Source: an uncultured Candidatus Saccharibacteria bacterium
GTDB taxonomy: Bacteria > Patescibacteriota > Doudnabacteria > UBA920
Assembly: GCA_964474825.1 (NCBI GenBank)
Contig: CAYYWQ010000001.1
Coordinates: 820,152-884,151 of the forward strand
Direction of reading: 5' to 3'
Length of the DNA: 64,000 nt
A model generated the notes under the pieces. The model searched no databases and was not told the origin of the DNA. It saw nothing but the letters and a program-made list of their open reading frames with translations. The position numbers were made by a program, and so were the translations under genes. Shown here piece after piece: positions 1 through 10,654 of the stretch. Each line of letters begins with the position of its first letter. Position 1 is the first letter of the stretch.

Positions 1-1
1 T

Positions 2-3000
2 TACATTAATAGATGCGTAAAGACCTGTTATTTCAGCGGGGGTTAGGGCGCGGTTAAAAACGGCAATGTCATCGAGGTTTCCGACATAGTAGTTGCTTTC
101 AGGCCAGTCATCGGACGTATTGCCGAGGTAGAGAGGCTGGTCGGTCGCTTCCGGACCCGGTGGATTGTTTGTGCTTATGTCGAGTATGCCATCAACATAT
201 ACCTGAGTGTTGGCTGCCTGCCGCAAGAGCGCAATGGGATGCCACACCCCGTCGGCGACGCTGACCGTTCCGACATACCAGCTTGAACCGTCGTAGATTT
301 GCAAAGTCCCGGTATCTTCCACCCGCAAGGTAAAACCGCGGTAGGTCCCACTGTACCTCAAATTGCTCCAAAACGCATCGTTATTTTTGGTGGAAGTTTT
401 AATCCATCCTGCGATGGAATAAGGATAAGTCGGCATTATGAAGGTGCTAATACGGCCGCTGCCTCCAAAACCCCCCCCCTGACCGAATTTGCCGGGGACG
501 TAACTGACGTTTGCAGCTGCGCCATTGTGGTTGCCTTTACTGTCATTGCTATTACCTTCCATTTTGTAGTAGCTAATTAAGGCGGGGTCAGTGGCAAGAG
601 TACTGGAAGCTAACTCCTGGTTAACAGTTATCATAGATTTCGTGGCATCCGGAAACACCAAATACCCGTTGACAATATAATAAATTTCTTCCAGCGCTTC
701 CCTGGTTAAGCTTAAATTTTTATTGGCTTTAACATTAACGTAAATATTCTTAAGGGTATCCAGTTTGTCGGTTTTGCTAATTGTTGTGGTTGTGGAAACT
801 GCTGATGTCCCAAAACTCGCGGGATCTGTTAAATACTGAAAAATGTCATCGCGTTTAGTAATCCCCACGCCTAATAATTCAGCCGCACTTTCTTTGGAGA
901 CGTTCATTTTTTGGGGCAAGGGTAAATCAGCCGCGCTTAAATCCCTAACACTGCTTACTCCCGGAACCACGGATAAGTTTACCAAACTGCCGCGGTCAAA
1001 GACTGCAGAGGTTAGAGTAGAATTGTACTCATTGGCGTCTTGCGGCAGTCTAAGCTTACCCTGCCAGACCATATAAAGTTCTTCCAGGGCCTCGCGGGTC
1101 AGCTTGGTTTCATTTGTTGTGCTGGCGGTTGTCCTAATGCTGTCCCAAACCGCGGCCAAGGTTTGGTCTTTTTGCAATTTTTCGTTTTGGTCAAACAGCT
1201 GGTTTAAGCTGCTAGTAGAGGTTAAATTCGTACCTTTAATTTCATTGTAAGTTTCCTGGGATATTATAGTATTGCCGCCGGGGTTATAATTACGGTCTAT
1301 TCTGGACAAAACTTTAAGCACATTATTTTCCACATCACTGTCTTTGGGATTTATTACCAAAGGCGTATAAACATTCCTTTTAATTTGATCCGCGTCTTTG
1401 GAATAAGTGACAGCCATGGTAAAGCTGTTTATATTGTTAACAAAAGTGTCGTCACCGCCTGTTGCGATTCTTAAACCAAAGTTAGCCATTGCCCCGGAGG
1501 CGAAGGCTTTTACTATTTTGGTTATATCCAGAGTATTAGGCCTGCTTACGTCAATAGTCAAAGCCGGACTTCGCAAGGAAGAGTCAGTATTGTTATCAAA
1601 AAAATAGCTGCCTAAAGCCGGAGCTGCGTTGCTCATTAAAGGCACAAAATAAACGCTGGGTGGATTATAGGGCCGGGCTACTTGAACCCCTCCGGTGTAA
1701 TTTGTATTACCATTAGAAAAACTCAAATCAACCGTAGTTGTGGCAATTTCGTCTTTACGATTAACTAATTCTGCCGGCAACAAAAAATCAAACTCGCAAA
1801 GATGATAATTCGAACTACCTTGATAATAAGTTCCTATCTGGCAAGCACCATTAGTATAAGACGGAAAATTAAATCCGTAATTTACATAAACTTGGCCGTA
1901 ACTTCTTGGATTGGTATTTTGAATAGAATAAATTTTTTGTTCATTAATTTTATATTCATCCAATTTGTTGGGCACGGTTAAATTACCCAGCATGGCATCA
2001 AATATTTCATCGAGGGCATAGGAAGTAAGCTCTTTGTCCTTGTCGTATTTAACTATAGCGTAAAGATATTTAACAAAGGCCTGTTTGCGGCAATCATACT
2101 TGGCATGGTCATTGGCCTCTTGGTCGCAAGCGCCATAGGGGGCAAATGAGTTGTCTATAAGACGGTCATAAATTACCAAACTGGAATAAGTAATACCCAA
2201 ATCCTCAATTTCCTTTAAGGTTTCCTGGGAAATTAATTTAGATTTGGCAAACAAAGAAGGGATACTCTTTTCCTGATAAAGATAGCCATATAAGGCCTTG
2301 TTGGTCCGGTCAATGACTTCGGTTTTTATAGCACTATCAGTTACACTGGGAATAATTTTTGAAGCGTCGTTAACCAAATCTTGGCCAATTAAATATGAGC
2401 CATTTGCCAGTTTGCCGTATGGAATTTTATTTATCGGCAACAGCAATTTGTCTTTAACAACCATGTCCATTTCTGCCAAGGCTTTGGCCGAGAGTAAAAT
2501 ATTATATTTGCTGAAAAGAAATCCGGAAACAAACTTCACGATTTCTTTTTTGGCGCAGTCTTGGTCTGCCGACTGGGAGCATTTTTCCGCAATATACGGG
2601 CTTTGGGCGGCTATTTCAAACAGCGCGTCCGCTTTATTTTTGGAGTTGAGTTTGTTTAAAGCCAGCTCGTCGTAGCCGCTTTCGGACATATAAACCGTCG
2701 GCGCGGGATTGCCGGCTTGGGTTGGCACTCCGTTTATTACCGCTTGGTAATATACGTTGACATTGTCCGGAACAACCGCTTTTACGTTAGAATTGTTAAA
2801 AGGAACGTATGTGCCGTCAAAAATATTTTGTAAGTAAACGCTCAAATCTACAGGCAAACTAACTTTACCCTTAAATACAAACCAAATTTCCTGCAGCGCC
2901 CCAAAAGAAAGATCAAGGCTTTTTTCTTTTAGGGTTTTAGCATAAAAAGCTTTGAGAGTTGTTTCCCTAACACAGGCGTCTTTGTCTGTTGATATAATTT

Positions 3001-6000
3001 TTTTACAGGTATTTGCTACAAAATCGGAAGTATAGACCGGCGTAAGCAAATTGTTAATAAACGCCGAGCTGACGCCTCCGTTTTGCGGGTTTAATTTGGC
3101 AAGCTCGGTAAAAGCCCCCTTAGACATAAAGTACTTCCCGGTTGGCGAAGAGGTGGCGTTTAACTGGTCGTTAAAAAAGATAGCATCGTCAAATTTAACT
3201 TTATTCTTGTCGGCAACAAATCCCGGATTCTTTGCCCTGACTACCTCCTTAATCCTTTCCCCGGAAACATCGTAAGTAAAGTTGGAAATACCGCCCGAAG
3301 AGTCAACAGTTTTTAGCGTATTCTTTTTTGTCCAAGTGTATAAATTATTTCCGTCGTCTAAAACATTACCGTTTAAATCATACGACATCCTTGTGGTGCC
3401 AATTAAGGACGCGGCGTGGGGGTTGCGGTAGTCCGTACCGTCATAATAATAGCTAACATCGTTTGCCGACAATAAATTGCCAACTGGGCTATAGGTAAAC
3501 TGACCGGAGACAGACTGGCCGTTTTCTACTCTAGTGGTGTTAGTCAAGCGCTGGAGTTCATCATAAACAAATTTATTCGCAATACTGCCGCCGTCGCCCG
3601 AATATTTTTCCGTGGTGCTGGTAATTAAACCGGCCAGGTTGTAATTTAGATTTTGGCTATAAAGCAGGCTGGGCGCGGTTGTACTGGCCGAAGAACAGGC
3701 GTCTGTCCCCTTGAAAACGTAAATATCGGAAAGCCTGGGCGCGGTATTTCCGCCGTTTGTGCTCGAATAGTTATAACAAGACTTAGTAATGTTGCCGTAA
3801 GTTAACTCTTTTTGCGTCCCGTCTATATTGTATCTGGCATTATTCACTACGTCAGTAGTTACTGTCTGGCCATTGACGCTTCGCTGCACTTTTACGCTCT
3901 TTTGTTTGCCGTTTGGGTCATAGGTATAAAGCAATTTACTGCCGTCCGGCAAAATTACTCCGGCTATTTGCCCCAGCGCGTTATAAACATAGTAATGGGC
4001 AAAGCTTTGATCGTCTATATATTTGGTTTCGCTCTGGATTTGCCCGCTTTTTGTGTAAGTTATGTTTTGCGTGTAGTCGGAATTACTAACACTGCAAAGC
4101 GCGCCAATGCCGTTTTGGCAATTATCGTAAGTATAGGCCGTGGTTAAATCCCCGTTGCTCTCGCTTAACGGGCGATACAATGAGTCGTAAACATAGGTAA
4201 ACTTATTTTGCTCGGGGTCAGTTTTGCTGGTTAAATTGCCTACTGGATCGTAGGTATATTTATAGACGCCGAAAGTATTGTCGCCTTTTTTGTGCAAATC
4301 TTCCTGGCTTATTAGCCGGCCTTCGCCGTCATAGGTAAAGTTGCGCGCATTGCCTTCGGCGTCTTCTAAATAAACCAAATTGCCCAAAATATTCCATTTG
4401 TAGGCAGTGACATTATTAACAGCCCCATTTTCTTCAGTTACGGATGTTACTTTGTTAAAACTATTGTATTTGTAAATTTTGGTGTGCTTGTCGCCGGTGT
4501 TATCGTAAACTTTTTTGCCGTTTACGTAATAATCCGTGTAAGTCTCGCTGTCGCCCTGTTTGGTTTTAACAAGCCTGCCAATGTTGTCATAAGTGAATTT
4601 GGTGTCCAATGCCGAATTGTACCCGGCCAATACGCCATTTCTGTCATAAGGATAAGTTAAGCTTTCCACCTGGCCTAAATTGTTATAGCGTGTAACGGCG
4701 GTTTTATTGCTATTCTCAGTGTCCGTTTCGCTGGCTTGGATGTTTCGCCCAAAACTATCAAATTTATTTTCCACTGTTTTATAAACACTACCATCTGAAT
4801 AAATACTGTCGGTTTGCACCATTCCCAAACCATAAGCGATATTGGAAGTGGAAACCAATTCCAAGTTGCCGGTCTTGGGGCTGGTGGCTGAAACTTTTAT
4901 TCTGTTGCCAAAACCGTCATAGGCGTTTTCGGTGATGCTGCCGTTAGGGTTAACGCTGGAAACCCGCAAGCCCCAAGCTTTGTCGTATTTTACATTGGTT
5001 ATCTGGCCTAACGCGTTTATGGATTGGACCGGGTTGTTATAATTGTCGTAATAAGTCGTGGTGGTATTGCCGTTGTCGTCGGTAACTTTTTCCGGCAGGC
5101 CTTTGGAATTATAGGCATAAGTGATTTTGGTATATTGGGTAGGGCTGGAATAGTTACGGGCTTCGGTTAACAGCCCTTTTTCCAAATAGCCAAAAGGCAG
5201 GTTATCGTAAAAATTAACCTTTTTGTCTATAAATTTGCCGTTTATGTCGGATTTTTCCTCGGATAAAAACTTTTGCGGGCGGTTGGTGGTGGAAATTAGA
5301 ATTGACGTGACCAAGTCGTCGCCAAGGTCGGTAATTGTGTCACTGGAAATATCATAGTTAACCTCGCCGTAATTAACAATGTGCTTTGGCAGCCTGGAAG
5401 CCAAATCGTAATCGTAGGTTTCGGCTTTTATTTGCTTGCCGTCGCTTGTGTCATACTGGGTGGTGATGGCTTCTTTAGGATAATTAAAAATTTGTCCCGC
5501 GGATTGATAAACGCCAAACGTACGGTAAGTTTCGGAATAAAGGGTGGGGCCGCCAAATAGTTGATCCTTAAACTCTTTGCCAATTAAGTTAATGGAATCG
5601 CCTCGTTCATTTAGTAACGAATTGTCGCCGTCGCCCTGATGGAAATATTTAACCGTTTTTTGACTGCCCTTTTGGACACTAACTTTACCAAACCCGGCGA
5701 ACCTGCGGTCGCGGATGTTATTAACGTCATAATACATTTTCCCCTGCTCAAAGGTATATTGCGTGGTTTCTACTAAATTGTTTACACCTTCGGTTTCCTT
5801 AACCTGGTCAACAGCCAAAATGTTTATAGGCAAATTAGGGTTAAGTAAAACCGCGGAATTTTCCATACTGGCAGTGCCTTTGTAGGCAACATCTATTTTA
5901 CTGCCCAAACTTCCGGTAACGTTAGTTAAAATGTCTGTTTTTTTAGGGTTAGTATTCTCTTGCAAAAAGCTCGTGGTGACTTTTGGATTACCTGCGTAAG

Positions 6001-7861
6001 TGTTCCAATTATTTGTCTCGTAATATATTGTTGTGCCGCCTTTTAAGTCTGGGTTATCTTTTTTTACAAAAGCTTTGCCATTATTTATATAAAGCTCTGT
6101 AAAAGTGCCTTGCGGAATAGCCGGTTTATCTAGCCAATAAGGCGATTGGTTAGTTTTATAAGACCTGATAATATCCGGCAAGCCGTCTAAATTTACGTCT
6201 ACAAACTGAACGCCCAGGTCTGTATCCACCCCCGAACCATTTGTTGGTTGATAATGAAAGGTTAAAGCGGTCGGAATTTTCATCCCCATTTCCGGACTGC
6301 CGTTCCAACCATGTCCGTTATTTAAGTACACGTACTTGCTGTTTAAGGAAGGGTTCGTACTGCTGGCAAAATCCCCTATCTTATCTATTAAACCGTCACC
6401 ATTAAAGTCGCCTTTTAGGGAATCCAGATCAGAATTGGCAAAATCTTGCGTTTGCTCAAAACCATTACCCTTATTTAAAAATGCGCCTGATTGTTCCGCA
6501 CCGTTGGCTAATACGTCCTGCAATCCGTCACCGTTTAAATCAACGGCCACCGCGGTTTTATTGTACCACCAGGAGTTTAGATTATTCGGGGAAGAATAAG
6601 ATATGGGAAAATTATATGTGCTTATAGGATAATTTACTAATGAACCCTTAACGTTCTTTTTATAAATATTGTCTGAAAAATTTTGAAAACCTTGATAATT
6701 TATATACCTGGAATTATTATACATATCCGGCAAATAGTCGCCATTGGCGTCAATAACCAAATAACTCCTGCTTCCGTCTATATAGGTATCCAAATTATCC
6801 GGCCGACCGTCCCCGTTGGTGTCTATGCTTATTGTGGAATTGTTGGACGGCGTAACCCAGTTTAAGCTTGCCGAAAAATCCAAGCCTTGGGTGTAACTAA
6901 AGGTGGTGGCCGGAAGCGATGTCCAGGACCCATCTGTCCCAAGCCGGGATTCGGTTATAGAAGAAAGCAAACTGCGACTGCCGTTTTGGCCGGTGATGTA
7001 CGCCAAGTCCAACTGGGCTTCCAAAACGCCGTCCGTATAAGCTTTAACCGATTTTAGGCGGTCAGTCATTACGGTTAAAAACCCGTTTCTGTAGCCGGCC
7101 TCCTCGTCTGGCCGCCCTTCTCTTTCAAACACCACGCGGTTTGAAAAGTTCCCCTGTTTGTCAAAGGTATAATCTATCTCCTTAGGATAAACAAAATTGT
7201 TTTTCTTTTCGTAAAAATATTTAATTTGGTTTCCGAATACGTCTTTTACTGAATTTAAATAATATTTGGAAATTTTAGTCCCACTGTCGTCCGACAGCCG
7301 GGAGTCCAAGGCCTGGCCAAAAGTGTAACTGTTGCCCGAACGGTCGGCCAGGGTCCAAATATTATTAGTAAAAGTGTAAAGTTGGTAGGAGCCGTCATCA
7401 AACTTTTGCAAATAATTATTCGTTGTTCCGGCTTTTAAGACAAGTTCGCCGCCCAGGCTGGAAACAAAAGCGTTATTGTCCGTAAACATTTTGTCTACCC
7501 CGCTTTTGGACGTGCGTTCAATATAAGGTATAGGCAAAGCCATTCCGTATCCAACAATGCTGTTTTCAGGATTTTGGGAATTATAGTTTATGGAAACAGA
7601 CGGCCCCAAACCAAACTTGCCTTTAGGCACGACAAGCGGATAAGAATAAGTAAACGCGCCGTTTGATGCATCCACACCGCTGCTGCCAATTGTCTTTAAC
7701 CGGTTGGCTTTGGTGCCAACCGTATTTAAAGCATTGGAAGTATCGCTATCCTGGATGGCTTGCGGAGCAGCCAAAGCTATCAACGGCGCCAAAGATTGTA
7801 AAGTAAACAAAAAAGCCAAAAAATAGCTTGTTAGTCGAATTTTTTTACGATTACTGGGCAT
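2..7861 (-). CDS. Giant secreted SpvB / FG-GAP / TcdB-midN / RHS(YD)-repeat protein with an inserted helical-repeat region, a DNRLRE-like domain and a LamG domain; 3' end runs off the window (>2620 aa)
   Basis: Hand translation from ATG 7861. Signal peptide MPSNRKKIRLTSYFLAFLFTLQSLAPLIALAA; SpvB-like GAFTYSYPLVVPKG..GLGPSVSINYNS; FG-GAP motifs VDLNGDGLQD and GDFNGDGLID; RRFAGFG; many YD units (YDGFGN, YDNIGR, YDPVGN); LamG-like WHPIAL..VYVDG..GNLDDIAVFNRALTPAEI. Absent from the ORF track because there is no stop in the window; frame is consistent down to base 2. Confidence 0.9.
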   Translation of the reverse strand, partial: MPSNRKKIRLTSYFLAFLFTLQSLAPLIALAAPQAIQDSDTSNALNTVGTKANRLKTIGSSGVDASNGAFTYSYPLVVPKGKFGLGPSVSINYNSQNPENSIVGYGMALPIPYIERTSKSGVDKMFTDNNAFVSSLGGELVLKAGTTNNYLQKFDDGSYQLYTFTNNIWTLADRSGNSYTFGQALDSRLSDDSGTKISKYYLNSVKDVFGNQIKYFYEKKNNFVYPKEIDYTFDKQGNFSNRVVFEREGRPDEEAGYRNGFLTVMTDRLKSVKAYTDGVLEAQLDLAYITGQNGSRSLLSSITESRLGTDGSWTSLPATTFSYTQGLDFSASLNWVTPSNNSTISIDTNGDGRPDNLDTYIDGSRSYLVIDANGDYLPDMYNNSRYINYQGFQNFSDNIYKKNVKGSLVNYPISTYNFPISYSSPNNLNSWWYNKTAVAVDLNGDGLQDVLANGAEQSGAFLNKGNGFEQTQDFANSDLDSLKGDFNGDGLIDKIGDFASSTNPSLNSKYVYLNNGHGWNGSPEMGMKIPTALTFHYQPTNGSGVDTDLGVQFVDVNLDGLPDIIRSYKTNQSPYWLDKPAIPQGTFTELYINNGKAFVKKDNPDLKGGTTIYYETNNWNTYAGNPKVTTSFLQENTNPKKTDILTNVTGSLGSKIDVAYKGTASMENSAVLLNPNLPINILAVDQVKETEGVNNLVETTQYTFEQGKMYYDVNNIRDRRFAGFGKVSVQKGSQKTVKYFHQGDGDNSLLNERGDSINLIGKEFKDQLFGGPTLYSETYRTFGVYQSAGQIFNYPKEAITTQYDTSDGKQIKAETYDYDLASRLPKHIVNYGEVNYDISSDTITDLGDDLVTSILISTTNRPQKFLSEEKSDINGKFIDKKVNFYDNLPFGYLEKGLLTEARNYSSPTQYTKITYAYNSKGLPEKVTDDNGNTTTTYYDNYNNPVQSINALGQITNVKYDKAWGLRVSSVNPNGSITENAYDGFGNRIKVSATSPKTGNLELVSTSNIAYGLGMVQTDSIYSDGSVYKTVENKFDSFGRNIQASETDTENSNKTAVTRYNNLGQVESLTYPYDRNGVLAGYNSALDTKFTYDNIGRLVKTKQGDSETYTDYYVNGKKVYDNTGDKHTKIYKYNSFNKVTSVTEENGAVNNVTAYKWNILGNLVYLEDAEGNARNFTYDGEGRLISQEDLHKKGDNTFGVYKYTYDPVGNLTSKTDPEQNKFTYVYDSLYRPLSESNGDLTTAYTYDNCQNGIGALCSVSNSDYTQNITYTKSGQIQSETKYIDDQSFAHYYVYNALGQIAGVILPDGSKLLYTYDPNGKQKSVKVQRSVNGQTVTTDVVNNARYNIDGTQKELTYGNITKSCYNYSSTNGGNTAPRLSDIYVFKGTDACSSASTTAPSLLYSQNLNYNLAGLITSTTEKYSGDGGSIANKFVYDELQRLTNTTRVENGQSVSGQFTYSPVGNLLSANDVSYYYDGTDYRNPHAASLIGTTRMSYDLNGNVLDDGNNLYTWTKKNTLKTVDSSGGISNFTYDVSGERIKEVVRAKNPGFVADKNKVKFDDAIFFNDQLNATSSPTGKYFMSKGAFTELAKLNPQNGGVSSAFINNLLTPVYTSDFVANTCKKIISTDKDACVRETTLKAFYAKTLKEKSLDLSFGALQEIWFVFKGKVSLPVDLSVYLQNIFDGTYVPFNNSNVKAVVPDNVNVYYQAVINGVPTQAGNPAPTVYMSESGYDELALNKLNSKNKADALFEIAAQSPYIAEKCSQSADQDCAKKEIVKFVSGFLFSKYNILLSAKALAEMDMVVKDKLLLPINKIPYGKLANGSYLIGQDLVNDASKIIPSVTDSAIKTEVIDRTNKALYGYLYQEKSIPSLFAKSKLISQETLKEIEDLGITYSSLVIYDRLIDNSFAPYGACDQEANDHAKYDCRKQAFVKYLYAIVKYDKDKELTSYALDEIFDAMLGNLTVPNKLDEYKINEQKIYSIQNTNPRSYGQVYVNYGFNFPSYTNGACQIGTYYQGSSNYHLCEFDFLLPAELVNRKDEIATTTVDLSFSNGNTNYTGGVQVARPYNPPSVYFVPLMSNAAPALGSYFFDNNTDSSLRSPALTIDVSRPNTLDITKIVKAFASGAMANFGLRIATGGDDTFVNNINSFTMAVTYSKDADQIKRNVYTPLVINPKDSDVENNVLKVLSRIDRNYNPGGNTIISQETYNEIKGTNLTSTSSLNQLFDQNEKLQKDQTLAAVWDSIRTTASTTNETKLTREALEELYMVWQGKLRLPQDANEYNSTLTSAVFDRGSLVNLSVVPGVSSVRDLSAADLPLPQKMNVSKESAAELLGVGITKRDDIFQYLTDPASFGTSAVSTTTTISKTDKLDTLKNIYVNVKANKNLSLTREALEEIYYIVNGYLVFPDATKSMITVNQELASSTLATDPALISYYKMEGNSNDSKGNHNGAAANVSYVPGKFGQGGGFGGSGRISTFIMPTYPYSIAGWIKTSTKNNDAFWSNLRYSGTYRGFTLRVEDTGTLQIYDGSSWYVGTVSVADGVWHPIALLRQAANTQVYVDGILDISTNNPPGPEATDQPLYLGNTSDDWPESNYYVGNLDDIAVFNRALTPAEITGLYASINV

Positions 7862-8094
7862 ACTGGTTTAAATAGGAATAACTTAGATATTTCCAAATTA
7901 CGCTTAAATAACGGGCTTGTCAAATGAGCTTTAAACAAATAATGACTTAAATTTAAGCCATTATAAATTGTTGTCAATAGCTAACTATGTTGGTGTCAAT
8001 GTTTGGCCTTATGCTTATTCGCTTTTTTGATAATATGTTGGAATGGCATAACAGTAAAAATTCCAATTTTTAAAATAAAGGCTACCCGCAGCAG

Positions 8095-8118
8095 AGCCTG
8101 CCTGCCGGCAGGCAGGCT
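8095..8118. repeat. Perfect 24 bp palindrome AGCCTGCCTGCCGGCAGGCAGGCT (REP-like)
   Basis: Self-complementary sequence in an intergenic region. Confidence 0.8.
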
Positions 8119-8181
8119 GACGGAAGCTCCCTGTCTACCGCAAGCAGCCGGACTCGCTCTACGTCGCTAATAATTTCTGTC

Positions 8182-8220
8182 AAAAAAGCTCCGGAAGAGA
8201 CTCAGCCGGAGCTTTAAAAA
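8182..8220 (-). terminator. Rho-independent terminator after the O-antigen ligase gene
   Basis: AAAGCTCCGG..CCGGAGCTTT stem with A/T tracts. Confidence 0.6.
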
Positions 8221-8253
8221 ACTATTATAGCGGTGTGGGCCTTAAAAACTAAA

Positions 8254-10503
8254 CTACTGCGCGGGTAAAGTTTTTAGGAAATCTTGCGCTTCCTGTATGT
8301 TAGGCGCGTTGGTGTCTATTAATTTTTGGGCGGTTTCCCGAGCTTTGTCTATTTGATTGTTTTGCGCATACGCTTTAGCCAAACTTAAAACCGCGCCGCT
8401 GTCTGCTGGCGAAAGTTTTACTCCCAACTCCCCCCAAAATACCACTTGGGCGTAATCTTTTTTCTGCAAGTAATAATTAGGGAGCCAGGAAATCATAACC
8501 ACATTTTGCGGCAAGAATTCCTTTGCGGCCAGTTCCCCGGCTAAAACCGCGGCTGGGTCGTCCTGCCCAGCTGAATGGTCGGCGTAAACTTCCAGCCAGC
8601 GTGCGGAAGCAGTGTAGGAAGTTAAAGGCAAAACGCTGTTGAGCCTTTTTATTTCTGCTTGGGCTTCAGGAAGGCGCTGCTGTGCAATATAAATTTGGAC
8701 CAGGAGCAGCTCTGGCTCCATACGGTTGGGCGCCAAAGCCATGGCCTTTTTAATGGAAATTTCAGCGGCCGGATCCAGCGCTGTCTGATTAACAACTGCC
8801 TGGAGGTAATAGTCGTTTGCTAATTTTTGCCAGGAAATTGGGTCATTACCCACGGCTTCCGCTACCTGTTTTTCAAAATTTGTTATTGTGCCAAGAATGT
8901 TTTTAGCAACGGACGGGTCCAATTTTTGCGATTGCGCCACGTGCGTAGATAAATCACTGTAACGCTGGGCCGTGTCCTGCAAATCAAAATTAAAAGAAGA
9001 ATTAATGGCAGACTGAAAATATTCCTGGGACTTTAGCTGGTCAATACTGGCGTACGCGTAACCATAATTAACATTCTTAGAAGCCCGGGCCGGCACTATA
9101 TTGGTAACATAGACGGCATAAATCGCAACCACGGCCGAAACTAAGGCTGCGGCAACCGCTAAGCCCGGCTGGTCCTGAATTTTATTTTTTCCTAAGTCCT
9201 GGCTAAAACCATTTGCCTCGTTCCACAAATAAACAGCAAAACCCACGAACACAAAAAACATCATGCTGGCAGGAATGGTGTCGAATACAAAGAGGTTTTG
9301 GACAACATAAGCCACAAAGCCGGCCAGTAGCAGGCACATTTGCAATAAGCTTAAAAACCCGGCCCTAAAGGCGCGGTAAAGCGCCCAAGCCACTAAAGCA
9401 ATTATGGCTAAATACGCTGCCGCTCCCAATACTCCGGTAGTAATTAAAACTTCCAAAATATAATTGTGGGGCTTGTCGAACCACGAAGCATCGTACTTTA
9501 CAATTTCGGGATTATAATACTTGTTGGCAATAAAATAATAATTTTCTGGCCCAACACCCAAAATAGGGTAATCTTTTGATCCCTTAAGTGCTGTACGCCA
9601 CTGAATAAAACGCGCATGTGTGTCGCCGCCCTGCAACTGGAACAGCTGGGTTAAGCGTCCCTGAGGCAAGTGGGGATGGAATAAATAAAGCGACCCAAAC
9701 AATAAAATAAAAAGCACTAAAATCCCATAACCCCACATTTTAAATATTCGGTTCGGATGCAATACAATAAATACAACCAAAGCAAAACCGATACCGGAAA
9801 TTAAACCAACTAAGGCTCCGCGTGTCACGCTCAGTAAAATACCTGCGAACAGCAGCGCCGTTAACAGCCATAACGTTATTTTTTTAGCCTGAGTGTCGTG
9901 GTCCTGAAGCGCAAAAAATGCAGAAAGGAACATGGGAAAGATTAAAAAGCTGCCCAAAAAAATAGGGTTTCCTAATGTGCTGGAAACACGGGAAGGCAGG
10001 GACGGGTCGGGCACAAAAGTTCCCCACCCAAGCCAGCCCGATACGCCGTTTAAGGTAATTAACGCGGCAATACCTAAAGCCACATATAAAATATACTTAA
10101 TATAAGAGCCACCAATTTGCGCCAATATAATAATATACATAGAAAGCAAAACCAAATGCGCAAGGTAATAAGCACCGCCCATGCGTTCAAAATTCCCCCA
10201 TAGGCTGCGCGTAACATTCACACCCGTAAAAGATGCTATAAAAGTTACCGCTAAAAACGCCAGCATGGCTAAAAGTAGCGGATTCTTCCAGGAAGGACGA
10301 TAATCCGGCCGCTTTATTAGTAAATACACATAAACCGGAAAAGCTAATTCAATAAAAGCCCTAAAAGCAAAAGCTTTGCTGGTAATAAAAGGAAATAGCA
10401 AATCCTTAAAAACCCACAGGGGACTAAGCAGGGATAAGGCAACAAAAATAAATAACAAGACCGCGGCTCCGGTTTCAGACGACTTTACTTGCTGTTTGGG
10501 CAT
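8254..10503 (-). CDS. O-antigen ligase / Wzy_C family polytopic membrane protein with C-terminal TPRs
   Basis: About 12 TM segments; RVSSTLGNP, SVTRGA, PILGVGPENY and DKPHNYILE motifs; TPR-like tail. Confidence 0.85.
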   Translation of the reverse strand: MPKQQVKSSETGAAVLLFIFVALSLLSPLWVFKDLLFPFITSKAFAFRAFIELAFPVYVYLLIKRPDYRPSWKNPLLLAMLAFLAVTFIASFTGVNVTRSLWGNFERMGGAYYLAHLVLLSMYIIILAQIGGSYIKYILYVALGIAALITLNGVSGWLGWGTFVPDPSLPSRVSSTLGNPIFLGSFLIFPMFLSAFFALQDHDTQAKKITLWLLTALLFAGILLSVTRGALVGLISGIGFALVVFIVLHPNRIFKMWGYGILVLFILLFGSLYLFHPHLPQGRLTQLFQLQGGDTHARFIQWRTALKGSKDYPILGVGPENYYFIANKYYNPEIVKYDASWFDKPHNYILEVLITTGVLGAAAYLAIIALVAWALYRAFRAGFLSLLQMCLLLAGFVAYVVQNLFVFDTIPASMMFFVFVGFAVYLWNEANGFSQDLGKNKIQDQPGLAVAAALVSAVVAIYAVYVTNIVPARASKNVNYGYAYASIDQLKSQEYFQSAINSSFNFDLQDTAQRYSDLSTHVAQSQKLDPSVAKNILGTITNFEKQVAEAVGNDPISWQKLANDYYLQAVVNQTALDPAAEISIKKAMALAPNRMEPELLLVQIYIAQQRLPEAQAEIKRLNSVLPLTSYTASARWLEVYADHSAGQDDPAAVLAGELAAKEFLPQNVVMISWLPNYYLQKKDYAQVVFWGELGVKLSPADSGAVLSLAKAYAQNNQIDKARETAQKLIDTNAPNIQEAQDFLKTLPAQ

Positions 10504-10654
10504 AGAAAATTCTGTTGATAAATAATGAGAAAATGCTTATTATAGATATAATAGCAAAACAAAGGACGTAGGCCAACTGTTTAACGACCTTACTAAAACC
10601 TTGTAAAGCTAAAGCAAGAAACTCATTCTCGGGACTACTAAGCCGTTCACGATT

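Noticed and set aside
299-6865. Eight plus-strand ORFs (60-125 aa) in the first 7 kb
   Set aside because: Antisense shadows of the giant minus-strand RHS gene.
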